Shown: piece after piece, positions 35,051 to 46,628 of the stretch
How the letters are laid out: the number at the start of each line of letters is the position of its first letter
How positions within the stretch are numbered: the first letter of the stretch is position 1
DNA from: Octopus bimaculoides
Taxonomy: Eukaryota
DNA length: 47,827 nt
Assembly: GCF_001194135.2 (NCBI RefSeq)
Contig: NC_068998.1
Location: 29,447,337-29,495,163 of the forward strand
Direction: 5' to 3'
Program-made: the position numbers and the translations under genes
Notes under the pieces: generated by a model
The model's input: only the letters and a program-made list of their open reading frames with translations
What the model was told of the DNA's origin: nothing
Database searches by the model: none

Positions 35051-35574
35051 AGTTGTGGTTGTCTTATTCACGCTAGGCACTGAGGTGGTATTTGTTTTCG
35101 ACCCGCGAACATAAGTATGTATGTATGTATGTATGTATGTATGTATGTATGCATGTATGTATGAATTTATGTGTATATGTATGTGTGTGTGTGTGTATGT
35201 ATGTATAAGTCTGCCACGTTCTATATATTTCTACTCGTTTGCCTCCTTTCAAAATTTTGCCAACCTTTTACTTCAAAGAAACATATTAACACTATCTCAT
35301 TCATAGATTTTAAAAATATATATCTGGTTATTTGTTGTAGTTTTGGCATCCTGCATACATTTCCTTTTTTTATCTTACATCTTTTGAAAAATGAATAAGA
35401 ATTGAAATAATTGTACAACTACCAGTTATTCAGTTATATAATTTTTACTCACCCTACGGAATATTTTTATACTTCTTTTTCGAATCTTAGTCTCTCGAAT
35501 AGACTATACATTGTTTGTTTGTATGTATGTATGTATGTATGTATGAATGAATGTATATATGTGCGTGTGTGAGT

Positions 35575-35998
35575 ATGTGCACCAAGACGCTGTTGGAGAG
35601 GTTGAAATTAAGCCTGAGATGTTAAAATTCTTAAATGGAATAGATATCCTCTGGTTAACCAATGCATGCCAGGTGGCTTCGATCTCTAGAAAGACACCAA
35701 AGCAATGGCAATCAGGAGTGATAATTCCAATTTTTAAAAAGGATACAAGAGAGGATACTCTAATTATGGAAGAATCTCTTTCTTGAACCTCCCTGGTAAT
35801 GTCTACGCTTGGTGTCTGGAAAAGAGATGTCGGGAAATTGTTGAGTCCAAGCCAGCTGAAGAATACTGTGGTTTCCGCCCTGAATGCAATACAACCAACA
35901 TAATATGCATACTGCGGCAGGTCTTCAAGAAATTGTAGGAATATTACCAAGAGACGTACGCTTGCTTTGTGAACCTCGAAAAGAAATATGGCCGCATT
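35575..35998 (+). mobile_element. RTE-clade RT N-terminal fragment
   Basis: AVGEVEIKPEMLKFLNGIDILWLTNACQVA...KTPKQWQSGVIIPIFKK, then frameshifted SLPGNVYAWCLEKRCREIVE...EYCGFRP...FVNLEK. Confidence 0.85.
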
Positions 35999-36195
35999 AT
36001 TTGTTTCTGATCCCATCATCCACCAGAGCTTCCCACTTTATCATGTAAGGTTCACAGGGCTTACCAGGTTTGTGAGTTCTCCTTGCTATAGATAGTCCCA
36101 GGTTGCAAACGACTAGGTGATCAGCTGATAGTCAAACTCTTTCTTTACACTAGCGTCCAGCACAGAATCAAAGAGGTCCGAGACGATAGCAAAAT
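35999..36195 (-). mobile_element. RTE-clade endonuclease-end fragment, inverted relative to the adjoining RT fragment
   Basis: Clearly aligns to 34060-34255 (ttgtttctgat...gttgcaaacgactaggtg...cagcacagaatc..gaggtccga). Confidence 0.85.
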
Positions 36196-36369
36196 ATGTA
36201 TGTATGTATGTATGTATGTATAACCAAACGCATAGACTACTCTTCTTTAGGTTCTATGTGTCAATATCTGTGTATGTATACACACACATACACACATTTG
36301 TGATTTCTTTGACCAATATATATAAGACGTACTGTGTGAGAAATTTTCTGCATCCAGTATAGGGTTCAA

Positions 36370-36895
36370 TCACCATTGCTACCTGGTCCTTTTCTCAAAA
36401 TGCAAACGATTTTACATTAGATACTTTAGGCGGGCCCTAACAAGCATTGCATTAAAAAATTTTGGTTTAAAAAATAATATCAGTAATCTTAGCATTGTAA
36501 ATTTCTTAGACACCACTTTAGATTTAAGCACAGGCAAATGCCAACTCTGGAGAGGATTTTACCCAAAGATTTTAAATTTCTATTCTATAACATAAATAGG
36601 AGGATCTTCAAATTCTTATATCACAAAAAACCTTTCAACTAGGTGCTCTCTTATTACAGTAACTCTTTAGCTGCTAGCCGGTTCAAAGGTTAGATTGCTC
36701 ATACCGCCAACCCTTCACTTTCTAATACAAGCTCGATAAAATTAATCTGTTGACATTTTTTTTTTAAAAATCATACCAAATATTGCCAGTAATTTCCTAA
36801 ACTTGATAAATAAAAATTACACCGTTAACCACCTCCACTGAAAACTATTCATCAAAAACTGCTATACTCCAAACTTGAAAGCTGTTATAACATAA
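36370..36895 (+). pseudogene. Penelope-like element RT/thumb relic
   Basis: KNFGLKNNISNLSIVNFLDTTLDLSTGK resembles the PLE motif GLKITI..NLK.VNFLDVTLNL.TG.Y. PNIASNFLNLINKNY..NHLH*KLFIKN-CYTPNLKAVI resembles TNIGK.FL.LIDKHF......KIFN...SYSC.PN.K.II. Confidence 0.7.
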
Positions 36896-38048
36896 ACTGA
36901 TGAAATTGATGAAATTACACCAATGTAATTTCACTTGACTAGTCAGGCAATGCAGAAGCGATAATATATGAAGTAGAATTCAGTTCTCTAAGCTATACCA
37001 TACAATAAAGCTTAACCACTGTGTTGGTAGGTAGATTTAAATAGTATTATTATTTCACCCACACGTCATCCTTTAGTTATTGAAATAATATTACGGTACT
37101 ACAAAATCTGGCATTTAAGGAAATAATGTACAAACTTTGACACAAAAAGCAAAACCCTAAAAGGGGTAGACAGTATATAAATAAATGAAACAAGTACAAC
37201 TTAAGTAAATCTTAGAAAATTAAAATCTTGAGTGACTGATTTTTTAATGTCCTTATTTAAGCACAAAGTCGGACATTTTACGACATGGTGTTACTTCCAC
37301 AAATAAACCTTTTGAGATTTTGGAAACCACCACCAGCCCAAGATTAAGCATGCTAGATGTTATATCCTTACGCCTCCAGTATCATAGTACGGTTGATATT
37401 GTCGACGATAGATAAAGAATACACGGTAACAGTGTTATAACAATACAAAATAGAAGCAGCGGCAGTAAGAAACACACAAGGAACCAGCAATTTTTTACGA
37501 ACCAACAATCAATATTCCCAACACACTAACTCGCACTGTAAACTGTAGCTGGACTTCGAAGACCAAACTACGAACTGATTTCTTTTATTTAGGCACATGG
37601 CCTTTATAAAGAGGGAACACCACAAGGACAGACAAAACAATACATGGGGTACATGCAAACATATAACGAATGGATTATGAATATGAAAGTAATGGCTTTC
37701 CTACACCCCAAAATAGGTAGTTCCATTTTACTGTCTTTTTTGTTTAAATAAAATAATTACTTAGCACAATTTTATACCAAGCATTATATTATCATATGTA
37801 ATTACTGATAACAAATCATCGTAACGAACTCGTAATCCTGTTGTTTCTACTCTGTCGCCAAATATATCCTTCAACCTTCCTGCTCTATCATCCTCCAACA
37901 ACACCGCTTTCAAATTTCAGTTTTCCTCTGTGTCAGCCAGTTTCACTCTTATTACATTTTTCATTTTAGAAATACTTTTCTCTATTTCTTCGCTCTTTTT
38001 GTAAGTAACGAACATTGTTTCGTGCCTCCCCTTCGGTAGTTCTGTCTT

Positions 38049-38210
38049 CTGTACCTCACCACTCACCACTCACCACATACACACACACACACTCTCTCTC
38101 TCTCTGCTGTACCTCACCACTTTCTCTCTCTCTGTGCTGTACCTCACCACTCTCTCTCTGCTGTACCTCACCACTCTCTCTCTCTCTCTGCTGTACCTCA
38201 CCACTCTCTA
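38049..38210 (+). repeat. minisatellite with core ctgtacctcaccac plus a variable (CT)n spacer
   Basis: Cores at 38049, 38107, 38137, 38161 and 38191. Confidence 0.9.
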
Positions 38211-38935
38211 CCTCTGTTGTTAGCATTCTCGTCTCTGCTTGTTCTTCCTTTTCACTTTCCTGTCTCTTTTTCCTTCCTTCCTTCCTTACGAGTAGAGGGC
38301 ACCGGTCTTTGGGTTCGTTCTTCAGTCGGTTCCTCATTTTTTCTTTTCTCTCCCGCCTTTCATTTCTTTTTAGGTGGAGATTCTACGTTACTTTTCTTTC
38401 TTTCTACTACTGTATATTCCTCCTTTTCCTCCTCTGCTACAGCTGTACTCTCTTCTTGAATCTCTGTCTCTATTATTTCCTCCTCGTGTTTCTGGTGACA
38501 CTTGGCCTTCATGTGTTCCCTTATTCCACACGCAAAACATATTGGAGGTCTACCCTCCACAACAATCTTTAAACTGGTCTCGTCAGGTAACATCAGCTCT
38601 TCCACAATCTTATGAAGGTCTGGCAGGCTTATATGGACCATTACTTCTAGCCCATATCCCCAACAATTCACCTCCGTAGTCTTCTACATTTTTAAAACTT
38701 CTGTATCTTCCTCTGTATGATAGAGAATGGCTGCCACCAGCCATGCCTCGTCAATTTCAGGAGGCACTCTACCTACCCTTTCTCTTGCCGCACATTTGCC
38801 ACAGTAAGTAGGTAGTAGTGCCCACTCCGCTGATTTCAAGGCTACAGTGAAGTACTTCTTTGCTTCATTCTCGTTTACGAAGCGCACCTTCACCGTGCCG
38901 AACTTCCTAATTTGCTTAATCAAGCATTTTCATCA
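38056..38935 (-). pseudogene. LINE ORF1 (gag-like, CCHC zinc knuckle), Tx1/L1 type, disrupted
   Basis: FGTVKVRFVNENEAKKY...RVGRVPPEIDEAWLVAAIL (RRM-like), then LKIVVEGRPPI-CFACGIREHMKAKC, a perfect CX2CX4HX4C, and an acidic/basic tail. One in-frame stop at 38684 and a later frameshift. Confidence 0.8.
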
Positions 38936-39524
38936 AAATAGCCTAAGCATTAATTTCCTACAATCCTATAAGTCATTTCTCTGGATTTCTCCCTTTTCTG
39001 TCGAATAAAGGAATAACCATTTACCGTTTGCGTGTTTCAGTCATTTAGTCTGTGGACCTGCATGGGCGTCGTTTAGAAACCGCTACACAGAATCGAACTC
39101 TATTTCTCAAATTCTGACTAAGCGCTCTGCACCTTTGAGCTAAACAACTTTTATCTGATTAAATTTTGTAAAATCTCGAGATTTTACAGCTCAACCAAGA
39201 GACATTAATAAAGTCGTATTGCACGAAAGCATGCTATGCTTGGAAGATTTTAAGAAGAGTTGGCGTCCCTTTGTGAAACTTCAATGATTTTTAGAGTCTG
39301 AAGAGAAACTGGACATATAAATGTACCATGCTACGATTAATAATGTTGTCTTAGTTCATACATTCATAAACTCTATGTATTTTACTCTACAGTCTCGTTC
39401 AGTACTCTATTTTTGTTCACGTCGTTTCAATTAGTGTGTATGTCCGGGTATGTGCATGCGTAGGTACGTTATATATGTATATATACATACGCACGCACGC
39501 ATGCACACATACATACACACACAG

Positions 39525-39556
<32 letters not shown>

Positions 39557-39603
39557 CTGTCTGTTTGTCTGTCTCTCTTTCTCCCCCTCTCTCTCTTTCT
39601 ATG

Positions 39604-39634
<31 letters not shown>

Positions 39635-40447
39635 CGGTGCACATATTCAACAATCCTTTTTGTACTTTAATATTCTCATAAATATTAATTATATTCACAA
39701 CACTAACCATTCAAAATTCACAACTTATTCTTCTTGTTTATTTTTTAACCCAACACCCACCTTTAATAAATTACTTGACACAAATCCTAATTTATTAGAT
39801 ACGTAACTGATCCAGAATTTACACCTTAAAACTTTTTTTTTATATATATCCAAACCGGTGCACACCGACCTTTATTCACAAATATATATATATAGACACT
39901 AATCAGCGTCGTATTCTTCATATTTTTCTTTTTCTATTTGGCTATTTCAAAATATAAACACCACACCCGTTGCACATATCAAAATTACCAAATATCTTCC
40001 TTATAGTAATTAATTTTCTAATGTGAACCTCGATATATCCTCCTACTTTATAGCTGTCTAGTGCTATTAACATAACATCTATTTTTATATGTGTTTAACC
40101 CGGTGTGCACCAACCTTAAATATAAATAATTATAGATAATTTATAACCGTATTCTTCATTTCTTTCCCCTCTCTTTGGTTAATCTAAAAATATATAAAAT
40201 ATCAACATCATACCCGATACACATACCAAATTACTAAATATCTTTCTTTACAGCAAACAACACTTTAATGAGAAGCTGATATGTCCTCCACATGTTTTTA
40301 AACATCTACTAATAAATTCACTTAGCTTAATGCACTATATAAAAATTAGATACCTATTAGAACATCGTTGTGTTCCTCAAAATCCTTTCCGCAATTCTTT
40401 GTCTATTTTCCCTCTATAGTCAACTAGCTTACATTTTATCCTAACAT

Positions 40448-40479
<32 letters not shown>

Positions 40480-40857
40480 TAAATACATCCTTAAACACAG
40501 TGTGTTTATATATACATATTGTCCAAATTTACGCATGCCAGCTTATAACACCTAAGTTCTCTATTTCATTATAATATTTATTATATTTGCATACTTTATT
40601 CATCTTTTTATTTATTTATTTTTCTATTTATCTATCTATTTCCTAATTATAATATATTGTATATAGTATATTCACAAATATTCAAAACCTACCAATCAAA
40701 TAAAATCTCAATACATAGTGCTAACACTTAGGTTAAAAATATAAGTGTATTTATGCTTAAAACAAAGGATACTGATTGAACAGAGGACTAATTTCGTACA
40801 TACCTACATGCATACATACACACGCGCGCGCACACACTCATTCTTTCATTCTTTTTT

Positions 40858-41233
40858 TCTTTTATTCGTTTCAGTCATTTGACTGCGACCATGTTGGAGC
40901 ACTACCTTGAAGGGTTTTAGCCGAACAAATTGACTCCAGGACTTATTTCATAAGCCTAGTACTTATTGTATCAGACCCTTTTGCCGAACCGCTAAGTTAC
41001 GGGGACATAAACACACCAGCATCGGTTGTCAAGCAGTGATAGGTGAAAACACACACACACACACATGTATCTTTACGACGGTCTTCTTTCAGTTTCCGTC
41101 CTTCAAATCCACTTACAAGGTTTTGGTCGGCCCGAGGCTATAGTAGAAGACATTTGCCCAAGGTATCACGCAGTGAGAATGAACCTGGAATCATGTAATT
41201 GAAAAGCGATCTTGTTACCACACAGCCACGCCT
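40858..41233 (-). mobile_element. SINE family A, full length
   Basis: Colinear with 8296-8697. Confidence 0.9.
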
Positions 41234-41733
41234 TTTCTTTTGTCTTTTATCTTTTGTTTCAATCATTGTACTACGGTCATGCTGGAGCACGGTCTTGTAT
41301 AGTTTTAGACGAAAGAATCGACCCTAGTGCTTATCTTTTTAAGCCTGGTACTTATCCTATCGTTTTCTTCTGCCGAACCGTTAAGTTACAGGAATGTAAA
41401 TAAATCAACACCGGATGGCAAGCAGTAATGGGGAACAAACACAAAGACACACAAACATTGACACACACACACACATACACACAAACACACACACACAAGC
41501 AAATCGATGACAAACGGTAAATTCAAGAAAAAAACAACCAACGTTAAATGGATGAACACAGTTTGACGCTCGGACGGGTCTCTTTCAGTTTCTGTCTACC
41601 AAATGCAATCACAAAGCTTTGGTCAGCCCGGGGCTATAATAGTAGATATTTGCCCAAGCTACCATGCAGCGGGACTGAACCCGGAACCATACGGATTGGA
41701 AGTAAACGTTTTAACACAGAGCTACACCTGCGT
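41234..41733 (-). mobile_element. SINE family A, full length, directly adjacent to the previous copy, with an internal insertion of about 70 bp
   Basis: Colinear with family A except for extra sequence at about 41500-41572. Confidence 0.88.
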
Positions 41734-41798
41734 CTACACTCACCACACACGCACATAATAATGACTTGTATGTTTGTGAATGTATACAACCATAAACT

Positions 41799-41825
41799 GA
41801 TAGATAGATAGATAGATAGATAGAT

Positions 41826-41902
<77 letters not shown>

Positions 41903-41912
41903 TAGATAGATA
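41799..41912 (+). repeat. compound microsatellite (GATA)n-(GA)n-(GACA)n-(GATA)n
   Basis: Read directly from the sequence. Confidence 0.95.
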
Positions 41913-42525
41913 AAAAGAGACAATAAGTTGAGCACAAATTAGAAAGAAAATATGTAAATAATATTTAATCTGAAAGCGTGTGAGTGAAAGAGAAGGAGAA
42001 AGGTTGGAATAGAAAGTTAAACACATGCACCCAACTTATACATAGACAGAGAACCACAGATCTGGGAGCATATGTGTGAGCGCGCGTCATTCTAAGAAGG
42101 CTGTAGCGTTGCTGAGCTCCCTCCCGTCTGTTGGAGATTCTATGCTTGTCCACTGATGGAGGTACTTAGCTCACGTGCTGACTGGCCTTATAGGATACGT
42201 TTAATGACTCATTACTCTCTCATTAAAGTCACTCATTAATTGTTCTTAACCTTTTTCGCTTTCGTTCGTCCCCTCATACACATATTATATCTCTTCCCAA
42301 TCATCTTCATCAACTTATTGCCTTCTGCCCCTCCTACTCTTTCACGGTTTTTAAAGCTTTTATTTGTTGTATTTCTATTTTCATTATTTTCTTGTTCGTT
42401 TTGCGTTCTTCACATCCTCCTTTTCCTTTCCCTTTACTTTCTTTTCCTTTTACTCATCCCTTTGCTTTCTACCCAACCCCTTTCCTTTCATTCTCATTAT
42501 TTTCTTTATCGATTTTTATCCCCCT

Positions 42526-42564
<39 letters not shown>

Positions 42565-43462
42565 ATACTCTCCTCTCTTTTCTCTTTCTTTTCTTTCTGA
42601 TAGTCTTCCCCCTCTTTTTCTTTTCATTAATTCTGTTTTATCGCATGTATATTTAAAACCAGTAAAGCTGGTCACTGTGCATGTGTTTGGCGAGTGCGTT
42701 GGTGTAGTGGCTGCGACACAGTGAAGTTTAGAGTTAAAGTACGGCAGGTTGTTGGTCAGATTTAAATGCTTTAATCGTCTGAGAAGATCGAACAAGGACG
42801 TAATAATGCATAAATGCACCATCCCCGCCACACACATATATACACGCGCGCGTACATATTGTTGTTGAAGCAGACTTGTAATTCGCGAAATAAATGATAC
42901 AAGCGCGCACGTGCATAGATACAAACGGATCGGAATATACATCCACACACAAACATCCATTCACTGACGTATATATGTACACGCTGTGATTTACGTTGTC
43001 ATGAATAAACATATTAACGAACATACACCAATACATGTATTGAGAAGAATGTACACAGGAATATACACACACTTAAGTACATGCATATACAATCATAAGC
43101 AGAATCTCATACTCATGTGAACACACGTAGTATATAGATATGCTCTTAAGGTTACACCTACGCGAGCACATACATAGATTTAGATATGTATAATTAATGT
43201 TCATGTTAACCTGCAATGAATAAAACAAAAACAAAAACAAAAAAAATCTGTACAATTTTTAGTTATATTCAAAATTAATAGCGTGCGCCCGCGCGTGCGT
43301 GAACATGCGTGTGTGCTTAGAGCGTTAATATGTTTTAATACTGTCGGTTGGAGCTTGACGTTCCGTGATATACTGCCGAAAGGTGACCGAAACAAAGATG
43401 AGATCAGCAAAGTTCAGTTCTTCTCTTTGCAAGATATTCAAAGCAGAACTATACGTCAGAGT

Positions 43463-43475
43463 TAATAATAATAAC

Positions 43476-43514
<39 letters not shown>
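43463..43514 (+). repeat. (TAA)n tract 1; further tracts at 43683-43709, 43894-43937 and 44494-44523
   Basis: Read directly from the sequence. Confidence 0.95.
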
Positions 43515-43515
<1 letters not shown>

Positions 43516-43682
43516 TAACATACAGAAAATTGCACTACTGGGTACTGCACACATTCTACGCAAAACACTTTCAATACAGTAAACATAAAAGCACCACAGC
43601 AAACCACAGCACATACCCAAGGCGCACAGAGCTGCGCTCGGTAGTGAAGTGAAAGCACGTTATAAAAATAAAACTACTGAAC
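43515..43682 (+). mobile_element. extremely 5'-truncated R4/Dong-like 3' end (family X)
   Basis: NIQKIALLGTAHILRKTLSIQ* (the QK..LLGTA.ILR.VL C-terminus of R4/Dong ORFs), then a 100-bp 3' UTR with a gcgca-cagagc-tgcgc hairpin. (TAA)n on both sides. Confidence 0.82.
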
Positions 43683-43709
43683 AATAATAATAATAATAAT
43701 AATAATAAT

Positions 43710-43893
43710 GAAACTTCAAGACTTCTTAAGGCAGCTGGAAATCCCATGCAAGATTGATGTCTTGCAAAAAGCAGCCTTATTGGGCACAGCGCACATCTTA
43801 AGGAAAGTATTATCTGTCTGAGGTCCTTGTTGTGACTTGACAGATGACTAAAGACTCCGGTGCCTTTTTACCTACACTGTGTTACGAAGGAAC
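43710..43893 (+). mobile_element. extremely 5'-truncated R4/Dong-like 3' end (family Y)
   Basis: KLQDFLRQLEIPCKIDVLQKAALLGTAHILRKVLSV* (43711-43821), then a different 3' UTR. (TAA)n on both sides. Confidence 0.85.
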
Positions 43894-43938
<45 letters not shown>

Positions 43939-43939
<1 letters not shown>

Positions 43940-44494
43940 GCCCTGATGCAGTACCAAGCAGTGACTCTCATGGCTTTTGATCTTAACTGATTGGAAGTGT
44001 TATCATGTACATTGTTTTGTCTTGGTATAAAAGATGGGCTACAGCAAATATTCTGCTCAATACCACAGATTTGCTTGTCTGTTGTTTTATCTTAACCAGT
44101 TGAGCACGTCCCTTGGTGGCTAACGATATGTGCACCTCTGATGACGAGCAGAAGTAGTGGGGGAACATCATAGCCATGTGTTGAAAGGAATTCTTTGGGG
44201 TTTGGATAATTCACATCTGAAAACATGGGTGTTTCATTCAGCATCCTTAGACAACCCTTATTCAGGGACCTTTTGAGCGGGATGGGCTATTCGACCTGAA
44301 GAAAATTCTAACTGGGCCCTACCTGCAAGGTCATACGCTGTTTATCTTGATATGAGATCACCATGTCGCGCACATATTGTTGTAATGCATGTGCCTGGTG
44401 TACCCTTATCAGACGGGTAGTCATGATGGGTATACTGGGTTTCGTATATTTTACTCTAGTGTCACTTTGATGGCATGCACTGCTCTCTCACTCA
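43939..44494. mobile_element. 556-bp non-coding interspersed element embedded in (TAA)n
   Basis: Sharp boundaries (tgccctgatgcag...ctctctcactca) against TAA tracts, GC-richer than the flanks, no meaningful ORF. I recall it as an abundant octopus repeat (memory, not a search). Confidence 0.65.
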
Positions 44495-44523
44495 ATAATA
44501 ATAAAAAGAATAATAATAATAAT

Positions 44524-45500
44524 GTTTTCTTTTATTAATCACTTAGGGTTCACAAAACATTGAGAACGGTACAAGACAATTCAATGCGAGGTTACGTAAA
44601 CTGGAGCGTATAAACAGTGAAAATTATAACAAAATAAATTTTAACAGTGAAAAATTCCCCAAAAGTAGGAGACTTCCAAGGGCCGCTAGTGGAGACCACA
44701 CAAAACGACGGTCACCTTGACCACTAGGGCAATTGTCCTGTCCACATCGTCCTCCTTCAACCTCTAGGTACATGCTTAGAGTTGGCCCGTTCACTCGGAA
44801 TTTTCTTGTCACAATCAACTACCTGTCAATAAAATTGCTGGGCGGCTGCACATCTCTCTTTATCCTCACCTTTCTTTTCAAGTGAAATTTGTAAAAGTTG
44901 ATAAGGGCTTGGTTAAAGAAGAAAGTACCTGTCTTCAGCCCTTTCAGTCTGGTCCACCACACGACCTCTTTCGCTAAGACCACCAGACAAATAAACACTT
45001 CCTGCTCTGCGTGACAAACTTCACAATGGGCTAAGTCGATAATCGGATCCGTCCTACATGTGACAGCAAGTGTTCAACATAAACCTACATTTCAGTAATG
45101 TTCGGACACTGGACTAGAGCGTGCAAAACAGTTTCGTCGCTCTACGCGCATTTCGGGCAACCCTGCCGACGGTATTTCCATGTCTGTAAAGTTCATTCTA
45201 AACCGGCAATGCCCCTCCTGCCCCCACAAACGGTAACCACATCTACTCACTGTCAAGGAAGTGCAGGAGATGCCGTAGTCTCAGCGCATGTCTGTGTGTC
45301 AGCAGCTACGGTATGCACAATCCTCCATTTAGCGGATGTTGACAACAAATGGAGTGCCTAACCAGTGGGATGCATTCCTTTCGCTTCAGTTTGGTCAGAT
45401 GTAAACTGGGATAAGGTGCGATTGTCAGGCGGTAATATGTAACGGAGGCGATGCATGCATTCGTCATCTCTGTCCAATTTTTCAGAGACAGCTTCAAACA
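44524..45500 (-). mobile_element. Tx1/L1-clade LINE 3' end (ORF2 C-terminus with cysteine-rich motif, plus 3' UTR)
   Basis: KLSLKNWTEMTNACIASVTYYRLT..PLVRHSICCQHPLNGGL; CPKCA*SDETVLHALVQC (CCHC); VFICLVVLAKEVVWWTRLKGLKTG...FHLKRKVRIKRD..FIDR*L; then UTR ending aataaaagaaaac. Confidence 0.85.
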
Positions 45501-46628
45501 ACAGCTTCAAACCTTGCAATACCATTAAAGTCTTTACTTTTACGATTGAGTTTTAAAATTCAGAAATCCAGCCAACAGTGAAGCAGTTATTGTATATTCA
45601 GAACTTCTATGGTGTAATATGACCTTGTAGATGTCGATGTAAATCGATATCCGCAAGTTATAAAGTTTCAGACGTAGAGGGAAGCGGAGCAGAATGCGAG
45701 GTCTTGAAGACTGGCAGTGTATAACGTAGTAATGTGGAGTGGAGTATGATGTGAAGATTGGCGATGATTTATTCCATGGTGGATGGTATGGTGTGTTGTC
45801 ATGCAAGTACAGTTCTGTTGTTCTAAAGTTATGTTGTGTAGAAAGATGAAATAATCTGTAGTATAGTGGTGGACACTAGTGTACAAGTGGAGGGCTGTGT
45901 AGTGTATTTTGCTAACATTTTATTTTATGTCTCTGAAAGCTGAGACATTCCAAGATTTTTCAACTTATAACAATTCTTTGTGCTTTTCTTTTTTGTAAGA
46001 TTGCAGTTCCACCATTAGGCACCAATTACTGAGAGAAGTATTACAATATTTCTGAGCTGTAGTTGTTAAGCTACAAATCTTTTGTGGTCGACCGTATCTT
46101 TGATCAAAGGCATTTAAGTTGTCTCTTTCCTGTGCACAAGAAAAGGAATTCAGGAAATTGTTAATTCTAGTAGATTGGGCAACTACATTGAAGCCCCCTT
46201 GTTGGCTTGCACTATATTCTCTTGAAGCTATTGCTGCTGTTATTGTTGTTACTATCGATAGTATCATTCCTGCGCGCAAATATTTTAACTGTGCGGTGAC
46301 TTTTATTTTCATCCCTATTATTTCTATAACTGTCGTTAGTAGTATTATTGTTGTAACTGATGCCATCATCAATGTTGCAGTCACTGTTTCCCACCAGGAC
46401 GTTTCCTCACGGTTTAATTGAAGAATAGACAGCTGTAATCCGAAAATAATTGAAGCTGCCTTCTTTATCTGTTCTTCGTCACCAGTAAATCATCTGTAGT
46501 AACGATCTGGAGAGTAGAGGAAAGAGAAAAGTAAGAGAGTAAGAGAAGAAAGTAAGAGAAGAAAGCTAGAGATATTGATATGCACGTGCGCGCGTGTATG
46601 TATGAATGCGTATGTCTATCTATATATT

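Noticed and set aside
37357-37700. Solo-LTR-like segment (TATA and AATAAA on minus, tgttata end)
   Set aside because: No second defined end, TSD or paired LTR.
42688-42780. tRNA-like start (gcgttggtgtagtgg)
   Set aside because: No B-box or cloverleaf. SINE heads elsewhere are likewise tRNA-derived, not tRNA genes.
44138-44200. CTGATGA hammerhead core in the 556-bp element
   Set aside because: No stem II closing onto a GAAA and no stems I/III could be formed.
43463-44523. Repeat-spacer architecture reminiscent of a CRISPR array
   Set aside because: Eukaryotic context, repeats are variable-length microsatellites, spacers are retroelement ends and there are no cas genes.
45965-46421. Overlapping 139-aa (minus) and 100-aa (plus) hydrophobic ORFs
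   Set aside because: The hydrophobicity comes from AAC/AAT-rich low complexity. No domain is recognisable, and a strong upstream acceptor at about 46506 leads to stops in all frames, so it is at best UTR.
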